From: a virus
Lineage: Duplodnaviria; Caudoviricetes
DNA: 31,061 bases
Strand: one strand, 5' to 3'
IMG/VR virus record: IMGVR_UViG_3300048880_000152
Span: 1-31,061 of that record
A model generated the notes under the pieces. That model was not told the origin of the DNA. It saw only the letters and a list, made by a program, of their open reading frames with translations, and searched no databases. How positions within the stretch are numbered: position 1 is the first letter of the stretch; every line of letters starts with the position of its first letter. Made by a program: the position numbers and the translations under genes. This document shows positions 8,668 through 18,700 of the stretch, one piece after another.

Positions 8668-9356
8668 GCATCTCGACGACATTGATCCGGAAAGGCCGAG
8701 TTTTCGTAAAAACGGATGGCGGCCAACCCGTGGCAATCGGGCAGGATGCCGCCGGAACTGGAAGCGTTAAAGCGTCCAGACTCCCTGACCTGTACAATCA
8801 GACCGAGGTGGATTCGCAAGCCACGGATATTACCGAGACTGAAATTGCCGCTCTCGATCTGGGCAGCGCCTCCAGAGACTCGACTTCCGACTTTGCCACT
8901 GCCGCCCAAGGGACGACAGCCGACGACTCCCTTCAAAAGGCTAGTAATCTTTCCGACCTCGCGGCGGCATCGACCGCCCGGACGAACCTCGGACTAGGCA
9001 CGGCGGCAACTGCCGCGACTAGCGACTTCGCAACTGCGGCCCAAGGCGCAACGGCGGACACGGCCCTGCAAGCCGCGAACAATCTTTCCGACCTAGCGGC
9101 AGCGGCAACTGCCCGGACGAATCTGGGCCTCGGAACAATCGCCACGCAGGCCGCGAACAGCGTGGCCCTTACCGGCGGGGCGGTCAGCGGGACGACTATA
9201 ACTCTGCGAACCTACAGCGTGGCAACTGCCCCCTCGGCATCGCCCGCCGGACAGATCATTTTCGTGAGCGATGGAAATAGCGGCGCGGCAACGGCAGCAG
9301 TTTCGGACGGCTCGAACTTCAAAATAGTGGCCCTCGGAGCCACGATAACGACTTAG
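8664..9356 (+). CDS. Tail fibre protein with duplicated 45-aa repeat
   Basis: Two copies of DFATAAQG.TAD..LQ.A.NLSDLAAA.TARTNLGLGT, a typical fibre shaft motif. Confidence 0.75.
   Translation: MSISTTLIRKGRVFVKTDGGQPVAIGQDAAGTGSVKASRLPDLYNQTEVDSQATDITETEIAALDLGSASRDSTSDFATAAQGTTADDSLQKASNLSDLAAASTARTNLGLGTAATAATSDFATAAQGATADTALQAANNLSDLAAAATARTNLGLGTIATQAANSVALTGGAVSGTTITLRTYSVATAPSASPAGQIIFVSDGNSGAATAAVSDGSNFKIVALGATITT
8889..9140 (+). repeat. Tandem coding duplication, period 135 bp
   Basis: Copies start at 8889 and 9024, diverged mainly at synonymous sites. Confidence 0.85.
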
Positions 9357-9360
9357 AAAA

Positions 9361-9825
9361 ATGGCTAATACCAAAATTACGAACCTTACGGCATTTCCGG
9401 ACGAAAAACCGGCGATTGACGACGTCCTCGCCATCGTCGACATTTCGGGGACGGCCACTACGAAAAAGATTACCGTGGAGAATCTGATGAAATCGGATTT
9501 GACGGGCAACGTTACTGGCAACGTTACCGGTAATTTAACAGGCGACGTAACGGGCGATTTAACAGGCAACGTTACGGGTAACGTCACGGGCAACTTAACG
9601 GGCAACGTTACGGGCAACACTTCCGGCACTGCCGCCACAGTAACTACCGCCGCCCAGACTGCCATTACATCGCTGGGAACTCTTACCTCTTTGAAAGTGG
9701 CGACTAGCACCCCGGCCTCGGCTTCCGCCACCGGGACAGTCGGCACTATCGCATGGGATACGGGCTACATTTACGTCTGCACGGCAACGGATACTTGGGA
9801 GCGCGTGGCAATCGCAACATGGTAG
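9361..9825 (+). CDS. Short tail fibre protein with [LV]TG[ND] repeats
   Basis: N-terminal KIT.L...DD.L.IVD...TKKITV.NL fibre motif, tetrapeptide shaft, C-terminal GTIAWDTGYIYVCTATDTW. Confidence 0.75.
   Translation: MANTKITNLTAFPDEKPAIDDVLAIVDISGTATTKKITVENLMKSDLTGNVTGNVTGNLTGDVTGDLTGNVTGNVTGNLTGNVTGNTSGTAATVTTAAQTAITSLGTLTSLKVATSTPASASATGTVGTIAWDTGYIYVCTATDTWERVAIATW
9499..9618 (+). repeat. Ten 12-bp tandem units encoding [LV]TG[ND]
   Basis: LTGN VTGN VTGN LTGD VTGD LTGN VTGN VTGN LTGN VTGN read directly. Confidence 0.9.
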
Positions 9826-9826
9826 A

Positions 9827-11458
9827 ATGAGAAAATTTCGCCAAATAGGAAAGCTGGACTCTCCCATGCGGGAGGTCGGCGATGCGTTAGTTCGCGGCAT
9901 CATGTCCCGCGAGGACTCGGCCCTACTTCCTTCCGGCTTCGTAGCGGATGCCCAGAACGTCCGGATGGAGGACGGCACGGCGACGACTCGCAACGGCTAC
10001 GTCCAGAAAGTGTCGCTCGGGGCGACTACTTACTCGGCGAATTACTTCGGCGGCATAGGCTCTGACCGCTCGAACAACGTCGCTCTTTTCAAGGTAAAAT
10101 CGATGGAACTTTGGGACGGGTCCGGCACTTCGACCGTTCGCTTCGACCAAAACTTAATCCTGCTGGAAGGTGGATCGGATTTAACTCAGTACGTCCTGCT
10201 AACTGAATCCGGGGATTCGCTCGTTCAGGAGGCGAACGTCTTCGTATCGCTCGGCACTTTTCCAAATAGTAACGACGGCCTTCAGTTCTCCAACAAGGAG
10301 ATCGTATTCAAGGGGCTGGGCGAAACGCTTCCAGTCTCATTGACGGCCCTCTACCTAGGCGGCCCTGCTCAGACATGGGACGGCAACGAGGTAAACGACG
10401 TTCGAGATTTCGTCGTAGACCCCGGCATTCCGGAAACGGACTATGGAATAGTCGTAGGCGACAGGATGGCCATCCAGAGCGATAAGGACCAGATAGCATT
10501 TTCCGACTTAGCCAACCCGTCGAATTTCGACGTCCTCAATAAATTTACCTTCGGCAAGGGAGATGGCGACGACGTCGTAGGAATGGCTCCCGTGCCTGAA
10601 AACGCCGCAATCGTTTTCAAGCGCCGATCCACTTGGGCGATCTCGGATTTGGAGCTATTGCCGAATGCGGCCATGACGCAAGTCAGCGCCAACATAGGAT
10701 GCGTTTCCCGGCATACCATTCAGAACATCGGTTCGGCAATATTCTTTCTTTCGGATAAGGGCGTGTACGCCTTCGACGTAGGCGTGGATGCAAGCAACAC
10801 GCGTGGAGTCCTCACGCAGTTCGACCTCCGATCCGAACCGCTTTCCAAGCCGATCAACGACCAGATTTTAGCCGAGGACATGGTGGAAGCCCAGACCTCC
10901 GCTCGCAGCGTCTACTTCAACAATCGCTACTATCTGGCATTCAAAAACGGCACTGGAACGAGGATTTACATATTCAATTCGGAAATCGAGGCATGGGAGT
11001 CTCGCGACGAGTATACCTTTTTAATAAAGGACTTCGTTCGCCGTTCGGACGACACAAACGAACGGCTCTACGCCGCGACTGATGACGGCAAGCTCATCCT
11101 CTTAGAGCAGGGAGCCTTGGAGGGCGCGGGAAAAGTCGCATGGACTTTGGACACTCGCCACTACGGCGGAAACAATCTGGACGTCGAAAGTTTCAGGCGA
11201 GGCAGCTTCGCCGGCGAAACTTTAGAGTCGAGCGTCAGCCTGACCGTCACTCTGAACGCCCGCGATCCCGACTCTACTTCATCCTTCACGCCGAGCATTC
11301 CCTCGACTGCCGACGAAAATTTTCTCACACGTTTTAGCCTTCGGAAAAGAGGGCAGAGCCTCCAGTACCAATTCGCCGGCTCGGGCAGGATGAAGCTTCG
11401 AGGAATGCGGGCCGAGCTGACCGACGATTCCAATAATTTAACCACGAAATACGAATAG
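9827..11458 (+). CDS. Tail tubular protein B/nozzle (P22 gp10-like stabilisation protein)
   Basis: 543-aa beta-rich protein with AQNVRMEDG...RNG, IAFSD...P..F, VFKRRS.W, IGCVSR.TI and FFLSDKGVY motifs typical of propeller nozzles. Confidence 0.75.
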   Translation: MRKFRQIGKLDSPMREVGDALVRGIMSREDSALLPSGFVADAQNVRMEDGTATTRNGYVQKVSLGATTYSANYFGGIGSDRSNNVALFKVKSMELWDGSGTSTVRFDQNLILLEGGSDLTQYVLLTESGDSLVQEANVFVSLGTFPNSNDGLQFSNKEIVFKGLGETLPVSLTALYLGGPAQTWDGNEVNDVRDFVVDPGIPETDYGIVVGDRMAIQSDKDQIAFSDLANPSNFDVLNKFTFGKGDGDDVVGMAPVPENAAIVFKRRSTWAISDLELLPNAAMTQVSANIGCVSRHTIQNIGSAIFFLSDKGVYAFDVGVDASNTRGVLTQFDLRSEPLSKPINDQILAEDMVEAQTSARSVYFNNRYYLAFKNGTGTRIYIFNSEIEAWESRDEYTFLIKDFVRRSDDTNERLYAATDDGKLILLEQGALEGAGKVAWTLDTRHYGGNNLDVESFRRGSFAGETLESSVSLTVTLNARDPDSTSSFTPSIPSTADENFLTRFSLRKRGQSLQYQFAGSGRMKLRGMRAELTDDSNNLTTKYE

Positions 11459-11460
11459 TC

Positions 11461-13008
11461 ATGGCCAACACTAGATTTTCTTCGGGCGAGTTAGTCACTG
11501 CCGACAAACTCAACACAGTCAACCCGTCCATCATTTCCACCGGCGGGAGCGAGGCCAGAACGTTAGCGGACAGAGCAGCGGCCATCGCGAACGTTCTGGA
11601 TTTCGGCGCGGACAATACGGGGGCTACGGACGCGAAAGCGGACATAGAAAACGCGATCACTTTTTGCTCGTCCAACAATGTCGGGGTATTGTATTTCCCG
11701 GCCGGCACTTATTCGATTTCAGGACGTATAACTTTAAATACGGAACTACTCGTAGTTGGCGATGGGAGGTCGAACACGACTATCACGACAGCCGGTGACA
11801 CTAGTATCTTCAACATAAACGAAAACATAACCGTGCGGGACATGTCGTTGACGCATGGCGTAACTGATTTCGCAACCGGTGCAACGTTTTCGCTGGAGCA
11901 TCGGACGGCGTTTCGCTTGACGGTTGAAAACGTTTACATGAGCGGAGCGTCTTACGATGGCATTTACGTCGCGAACGCTGCCGCCGATTTGATCGTTCGC
12001 GATTGTGAGAGTGATAATTACGGACGGCTCTCTTTGGCTGTTACCGAGGCTAAAGACGTGGTCATTGATGGCTTTAAAGGCGAGTCGGCGGAATTGACGG
12101 CTTTAGGGGACTGGATGGACTTCGAGCCTAATGCCGGTAAAAGCGTCCAGTCCGTCCATCTAAGTCGCGTGACGAATGGCGTTTCCATATGGGAAGCCAA
12201 CGGCCCTGTCCGAAATACGGTCATAGAAAACTGCGATCTCGACGTACTGAATTTAAAAGGCAACTCTTCGGGGACGGGAAAAACGACGATCTTGGGCAGC
12301 GACGTCGCGGATTGGACGGATCAATACGGGACGTTCATCGGGGGAACTATCTCGATTATCGACCCGGTAAAAACAGGGACAAACCTAATCCCCGATTCGC
12401 GGACGCCCGGAACTCACGATGATTTCTGGAATCTCTACTACAGCCCGACCATCGTAGAAGACTATACGGAGTTCGATAGCACCGGGTCCACCGCTGAAAG
12501 TTCGTCCATAGACACTGCGGATCGTATAGCGGTAACCGCCGGAGATATAATCAGTTTCGGCGGCGAGATTCGACGGATAGCCGGCGCAACTGCGAATAAT
12601 CTAACGGGCATTTACATAACCGTTTACGATAGCACTCCCACCGCGCTCGGAACGTTCGCTCTCTCCGCCATTTCGACCGTAGGCACTGACTTTTTCAAAC
12701 AGAATCACATCTTTAAATGCCCGACGTCCGCCGCCTCAATCGGGATGACGATAGGGGTGGGGACTATTACTGCGATTACCATAGGCGTAAAGAACGTATT
12801 TCTGTACAAAGACACGGCGAATACGGACTACGTCGACGGCGTACTTTACCAAGACATCCGAAATACGGCAGCACCTAGCGCCGGATACCACTACAGTGGC
12901 GAGAGAGTATTGGACGTCACGCCTTCCGCCGGGGGAACTGCCGGTTGGATATGCACCGCTTCCGGAACTCCCGGCACATGGAAAACATTCGGAACAATTG
13001 CTTCTTAA
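11461..13008 (+). CDS. Tailspike/depolymerase, right-handed beta-helix (pectate lyase 3-like)
   Basis: ARTLADR...NVLDFGA...G.TD....I..AI......LYFPAGTY, N-terminal F.SGE.VTA.KLN anchor, C-terminal P.AGG..GWICT.SGTPGTWK.FG module. Confidence 0.85.
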   Translation: MANTRFSSGELVTADKLNTVNPSIISTGGSEARTLADRAAAIANVLDFGADNTGATDAKADIENAITFCSSNNVGVLYFPAGTYSISGRITLNTELLVVGDGRSNTTITTAGDTSIFNINENITVRDMSLTHGVTDFATGATFSLEHRTAFRLTVENVYMSGASYDGIYVANAAADLIVRDCESDNYGRLSLAVTEAKDVVIDGFKGESAELTALGDWMDFEPNAGKSVQSVHLSRVTNGVSIWEANGPVRNTVIENCDLDVLNLKGNSSGTGKTTILGSDVADWTDQYGTFIGGTISIIDPVKTGTNLIPDSRTPGTHDDFWNLYYSPTIVEDYTEFDSTGSTAESSSIDTADRIAVTAGDIISFGGEIRRIAGATANNLTGIYITVYDSTPTALGTFALSAISTVGTDFFKQNHIFKCPTSAASIGMTIGVGTITAITIGVKNVFLYKDTANTDYVDGVLYQDIRNTAAPSAGYHYSGERVLDVTPSAGGTAGWICTASGTPGTWKTFGTIAS

Positions 13009-13041
13009 TCCGTCCAACCATCACGATGTCGCAAACTTAAA

Positions 13042-13416
13042 ATGGGCCATATAAAGACAGACCTGCTTACCAAGCTGAAGGGCTACGCGCCCTTCGAGCA
13101 GATAGCCCTGCTTTACGAGGACAAAAAGAAATTCTTCGCCGAACTGAACAACTATCTAGTCGGCGGGCTGGTAGTATCATCGCCAAAGCTTTTTATGATG
13201 CTCAAGCCAATCGACAAGGCAGTCGAACCGAGCGGGCAATGGTTCGCCGAAAAGCCTGACACTTGGTACGTCCGCTGGGCGGCGGGAGCAGGCGGACTCA
13301 AGGCTATGATGGACGCCGTCGAACCATTACCGTTCGTCATGTTCCGGCGAGTTACTCCGAACGGCGAAACGAAATTAAGAACTTATCGATGGGAAAAAAT
13401 GTACGGGAAATTATGA
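13042..13416 (+). CDS. Hypothetical protein, possibly acetyltransferase-like (position of T7 gp13)
   Basis: 124 aa directly ahead of ejected-type genes, with DTWYVRWAAG. Fold call is inference. Confidence 0.55.
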   Translation: MGHIKTDLLTKLKGYAPFEQIALLYEDKKKFFAELNNYLVGGLVVSSPKLFMMLKPIDKAVEPSGQWFAEKPDTWYVRWAAGAGGLKAMMDAVEPLPFVMFRRVTPNGETKLRTYRWEKMYGKL

Positions 13417-14384
13417 ACGATCCATTTAGAAACGCCGCAAACACTTTGAACGAGGCAGCGCCTCCGGGCGAAAGACTCGCATACGTCAACCCGCAGGAAG
13501 AGGCGGGACTGATGGCCGCAGGAGGGCAGGGGAATCCCGCCGCCGGAGGCATCCCTAGCTACAAAAAAGGGGACGTGGAAGCTCCGCCTCCTCGCGACTA
13601 CGGCAAGGAAACTGCCGACACCCTTCAGGCTCAGATAGATTTATCTAGACCACTTTTAGCGGCAGAACAAGAGACTCGCCCCGAATACGCCAACCTAGAA
13701 AGGCGCATCCAGTTGGAGCAACTCGGCATCCCTGCGGACATCGGACTGCTGGAGGCATTCGAGGACTACATCGCTCCGAGCCTAGTTCGCCAAGAACGAG
13801 CAGGCGTCCAAGGCGATATCGATATGTTGCGCGAACTTGGCCCGCAACTGGTTCAGGCTCAACGAGCCGCCGATCCATTGGCCGAATCTCTCCGCCAAAG
13901 CGTGATGACCGAAGCTCTCGAAGACATGCAGGCAGGCGGAGGAATGACCGCCGAGGAAACTCGCGATACTGATCAGCAGTCTCTTGCAATGGCGGCCCAG
14001 CGAGGTCTGGTCGGTCAGAACGTCTCCGACTACGCCAGAATGAAAGCCAAGATATCGGGCGATAGAGGGGCAAAGGCCCAGCGAATGCAAAACGCAGCAG
14101 CGGCCTACAAGATGGCCCCATTCGACGCATTTTTAGGGATGACTGGACAAAGACTGAACACCGGCTCCAACGTGGCCCAACAATTCGGCACGGCGGGATT
14201 CGGACTCGACGCTTCGCCGGCGATCTTCAACCCGGAATCGGCTTACGCCGGCGCATTGAGTACGCAGAACTGGCAGGGACAGATGGACGCCAAAACGGCC
14301 ACGGCTGCGAATAAGGCGGCAATGATCTCCAACATGATACAGGGCGGGGCCAGTGTAGCTGCGGCCTATGCAATGCCCGGATAA
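13413..14384 (+). CDS. Internal virion (ejection) protein
   Basis: Likely start is ATG 13413 (ATGA overlap), not 13263. Ala/Gln/Gly-rich and helical with a hydrophobic C-terminus. Confidence 0.65.
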   Translation: MNDPFRNAANTLNEAAPPGERLAYVNPQEEAGLMAAGGQGNPAAGGIPSYKKGDVEAPPPRDYGKETADTLQAQIDLSRPLLAAEQETRPEYANLERRIQLEQLGIPADIGLLEAFEDYIAPSLVRQERAGVQGDIDMLRELGPQLVQAQRAADPLAESLRQSVMTEALEDMQAGGGMTAEETRDTDQQSLAMAAQRGLVGQNVSDYARMKAKISGDRGAKAQRMQNAAAAYKMAPFDAFLGMTGQRLNTGSNVAQQFGTAGFGLDASPAIFNPESAYAGALSTQNWQGQMDAKTATAANKAAMISNMIQGGASVAAAYAMPG

Positions 14385-14408
14385 GACTCGTAAAAGGAGG
14401 ATAAAACT

Positions 14409-15776
14409 ATGGCAAGAATACCATTTTACGGAAGAGGGCCTGCGCCGCAGATCGCCCGCATGAATATGCAGGAGGCCACGGCTCCGGGTAGAAACTGGGG
14501 CGCGGCGTTCGAGTCGATTGGCCAGACGGTGGGGCAGGCGGTCGAAAAGCATCGCGAGCATAAGAAAGCAAAAAAGAAGGAACGCGACTTCATCGATGCT
14601 TTCGAGGCTCGTATTTCTAAAAATCCGGGGTTTGCTGAAAGTTACGGGATAAATTCAGACGACACGGAAGAGATTCGCCTCACGGGAAAGATAATTTACA
14701 ACAGCCCCGAAATGCGCCCCGTTATTCAAGACTTTTCCCGCTTCCAAGAGAAGGAAAGGGCGAGGGCCGGGACAACGGAGTATCTGGACTTAATGCTGCC
14801 TTCGCAGGCCGAGACTGTCGAGCCTTCGGATTCTGGAATTAGAGACTTCTTCGCCCAAGGGCGGGCTGACGCTGCGGCGGCGGGGCTAGGCTCGATCCAA
14901 TCTCCTTCCGCTTTTACCGCTCGACTTGAGGGGATGCCGCCAATCAAAAGCCCGGAGGCCAAGCAAATGCTTCTAGGCCGCCAGCTTGAATTGCAGAAGG
15001 CAGAGACTGCGGGGAAACTCGCCGAAAGGGAGTTGGCCATCAAGGAGGGGACGGCAAACTTCGCCGGACTGAAAGCCGGGTTGGACGTTAAAGCAGCCAT
15101 GCAAAAGCCCACCGCAGACCTACGCAAAGAGTTTATAGCCTTACCAAGCGTGAAGGACTACAACAAGGTCAGCGCCGCCTACGAGAAAGTGAAAGTTGCC
15201 GCAAAAGGGGCAGGCCCCGCAGACGACATTTCCTTGATATTCGGCTACATGAAGATTCTTGATCCGGGCAGCACGGTCAGGGAAGGAGAGTTCGCCACTG
15301 CGGCGAATGCCGGAGGCGTTGACACAAAAATCTGGAATCTTTACAACAAATTAAAAACGGGCGAGAGATTGACGCATGATCAGCGGGAAATGTTTAGGAA
15401 ATCCGCAGAAGATACCGCCCAAGCGCAGTTCGATGAACTTGCCACCTACGTGGATTTTTATTCCGAAGTAGCTGGCAGGCAAAATGCGGCAATCGAAGAT
15501 ATAGTGCCGGCCGAGTTCCTAGAGATTCGCCGCGCCGGATTGTCGGGGGACAGGGCCGTAAAGGCTCCGACGAACAAACCGGGGGCGACATTCAAGACAC
15601 TACTCCGAGGGAAGTTGGAGGACGTCACGATTATCGGACCGGATTTACTTCCGGGCTTTATTGTAGTAAGGGATGCCGCCGGGGAGTTCCACAAGGTTGA
15701 GGCAGCCCAGTACGAGCCGATTACAACGGACTCTTCAGGTCGGCCCTTAACGGGCCTTCGGGCCGAAAGTCCCTAA
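14409..15776 (+). CDS. Internal virion (ejection) protein
   Basis: Strong SD AAGGAGG upstream. Helical, with a DISLIFGYMKILDPGSTVREGEFA segment; lies between two other ejected-type genes. Confidence 0.65.
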   Translation: MARIPFYGRGPAPQIARMNMQEATAPGRNWGAAFESIGQTVGQAVEKHREHKKAKKKERDFIDAFEARISKNPGFAESYGINSDDTEEIRLTGKIIYNSPEMRPVIQDFSRFQEKERARAGTTEYLDLMLPSQAETVEPSDSGIRDFFAQGRADAAAAGLGSIQSPSAFTARLEGMPPIKSPEAKQMLLGRQLELQKAETAGKLAERELAIKEGTANFAGLKAGLDVKAAMQKPTADLRKEFIALPSVKDYNKVSAAYEKVKVAAKGAGPADDISLIFGYMKILDPGSTVREGEFATAANAGGVDTKIWNLYNKLKTGERLTHDQREMFRKSAEDTAQAQFDELATYVDFYSEVAGRQNAAIEDIVPAEFLEIRRAGLSGDRAVKAPTNKPGATFKTLLRGKLEDVTIIGPDLLPGFIVVRDAAGEFHKVEAAQYEPITTDSSGRPLTGLRAESP

Positions 15777-15782
15777 ATCCCT

Positions 15783-18700
15783 ATGGCAGCCTCTCCTTAT
15801 CCGGTAGCCAGTCCCCTGACACAGGAGGATTTTAACTACCTAGAAGCGGCCTCGCGTCCAGCGATGCCGTTAAGTCTGGAAGACATGACTTCCAGCTATG
15901 AACTTTTCAAGACCCTCAAGAAAGAAGGGGCGTTCAAGGGGAACGTCGCCAAGGCGGAAGGCGTTATCGATACCGGCGTTGAGGCCGGGAAGATGATATG
16001 GGAGGGCGGTTCGCATTTACTCTCCGACATATTCTCATGGGACGAGGACGAGGGGGGCAACGTAACTGCCCTCGGGATGCTGCCGTACTGGGGCAGGGAT
16101 GCGTTTCGGCGTGTGACGGGCGGCAGGACCAACCAACAGATCGCAGAAGCGGAAGCCACTGCCCAGCAGACCGGCGGTAACGTCCTACTGAACTGGAAAC
16201 ATTTAAAGGCCGGTGGAGGCAGAGTGATCGACAGGATGATGGAGGACGACGACTCCGAGGAAGACCTCCAGTCGTCTTACAAGTACTGGAAGCGTGTAGC
16301 TGAACTGGAAAAGCAACGAGCAGGCGTGGCCGTAGAATACGCCAAGGACGACGATTGGAAGACCGCAGGCATGCAGCCCGAGATCGTCGAGCTTATGGCA
16401 TCGGGAAAAGCTACGCCGGACCAGAAGGCGGCAATGGGTGGATCACTCATCATGGACCCGATAAACTGGATTCCATTCGGAGTAGCGACGAAGGCTCTCG
16501 GGGTAGGCGGCAGAGGTACTCTGACGGGGGCCAACCGGGCGTTGATTCAAGACACTTTGAAAATGATTTCCCAGCAACGCGCACTGGAGCAAGTAGTGAA
16601 AGCGGCTCCGGGGTCGGTCCAAGGCTGGCGCGTTGGGGGCAGGGCAGGACTTCAGGCAGGCCGCGAGGCGGTTCGGGCCGGCGAGGCTATTCAAGTCCTC
16701 GAACGGAAGATAGCCGAGAATGCGGTAAAGTTGGCTCCAATCGCCAAGAAGCGGGACATTGGCCTGCGAGCATTTGCCGAAGGGCTTGAGGAGGGAAGCC
16801 CAGCAAGACTAATGATTGAGAACGCCTTGGAGGGCGTTCCGATCAAGAGCAGCGCTCCCCTTGCCGCCACGGTGGTCGGAGGCGCGACTGTAGCCGCAGG
16901 AAAAACCGCCGAGAACATAGGGTCCGTCCTCGACTTCCTTTCTACCATTGCCCCCGAAACAGCTATCACTCTTTTGGGGAAATTTGGAATGTCGGAAATC
17001 GACGCCGTCAGCCTGATGAGCGGCAGCGCATCGAAGTGGGGAATGAGGGGAGCGGCAGGAGCAGGCGCATTCGCCCTTTTAGGAGCCGACGAAGATGACG
17101 TTTTGCTGGCTATGGCAACGGCCCTCGGCCCTGCGTTTCTTTCCCGCTATGGCCGCGACATGGCCTTGGCGGGGAGGGAGATGATGAAAGCGGAGCAGTA
17201 CTTGCCCTACTTCAGAAGACTTCGCTCGACCAATCCCGAGCGCCTCATAGACCAAGCCATAGACAGAACTACGTTAGGCTCGACGTACGGATCGAGCTTT
17301 CGCCGGTCTTATGGGGCGGCGGAGGGCGGACTCAAGAGAAGGGCCTTTGGACTTACCGACGAAACGGGAGCAATCGGCAGGCTAGGCCCCGGCTCGGCAG
17401 CATTGGCTCGATTTCTGGATGACAGCAAGCTCGGCCGGGTAGCCGAAACAGGAGGACGCATCGGAGCAGCTACAATCCCCGCCGCCGGAATAGGCGCAGG
17501 ATTCGGGTACGTCGCCGGAGGAGGGGAAGACATAGACCCGACCCTCCAAGGGCTTGGCATGGGGTTGACGCTTGGCATGGGGGGAGCCGCCTTCGGGCAT
17601 TTCCGCAGGTTCGACAACCCCGCTCAACTCGTTAAAGCTCGCTATGGCGATTGGCTCCACTTCAAGGACAACTACCTTCCGGCAGGGCAAAAAGAGGCGT
17701 ATTTCAAGATGCCGCGAGAAAAGCAACTCGCGATGGCCTCGATGCAGTTGCGCCACCCCGACCTCGTCATGCATTTCGAGAACAAGGGGAAGGACGGTTC
17801 GCCGGGACATCACTACGTCGAGGACCAGACCAGCCATATCGCAATAAACGTAGACTCTCCCCGCGCACTGGAGTTCGTCCTTTCCCATGAAATCATCCAC
17901 GACATCGACAAACGAGGCGGGATGCAGAAATTCGACGACATTCTCCTCGGCAATCCCTTGACAGAGCAGCCCGGAGTTTATACGGAACGAGTCACGCCCG
18001 AGACTAAGTCAAAGTACCCCGACTTGGAAATAGGCGAACCGATCCTAATCGGGGAGGCGGGAAGCCCGACCAACCCTCGCCGCTACAAGACCAACTCCGA
18101 CTTCGAGGCCCTTCGCAAGGACTACGGCGAACAGATAGGCGCTACCGAGGGTGCGGAGGGCGTAGTGATGACCGACCATAGGACGGTCCGGGAAATCGTA
18201 GGCGAGCATGGCCCCGACTTCCTCCTGAAGGACAAACGCCGCTACCGCGACCTGCACGAAGGACCGCTGGGAGCGATGATGCGTACACTCATGGAAACGG
18301 AGTTAGTCCAAAATCGTCCCCTACTCAAGAATTTGATCGGCATTCTCGGTGGAGGCTTTCGGCCCGAAGGCCCGCTAATGGCCGACAATGCCATCTTCCG
18401 TAAACTTCGCAGGACGCCTGCCGTGACTGAATTGATACGCAAGTACAACCGGAAGCTCGAAGGCTTGGACCCGGAGACAAGAGCCAAGAAATTCCCACTT
18501 CCCGAAAGCGAAAACACTTTTGAGGTCAAGGGGGCGGACTTCGCCAAGCACCCCGGCCTGCAAGACCTTCTCCGCGCCGGCACGTTTTTCCGAGTCAACC
18601 AAGACGGCACTCTTTCGACCAGCCACGCAATGACTCCTCGCGAAAGGAACAAGTACGACAAAAGCTTTTCGGAAGCCTTGAAAGCCGCCATTGAAGCTGC

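Noticed and set aside
9499-9618. Possible CRISPR-like or regulatory repeat array
   Set aside because: In-frame 12-bp units without spacers that vary at wobble positions; a protein repeat.
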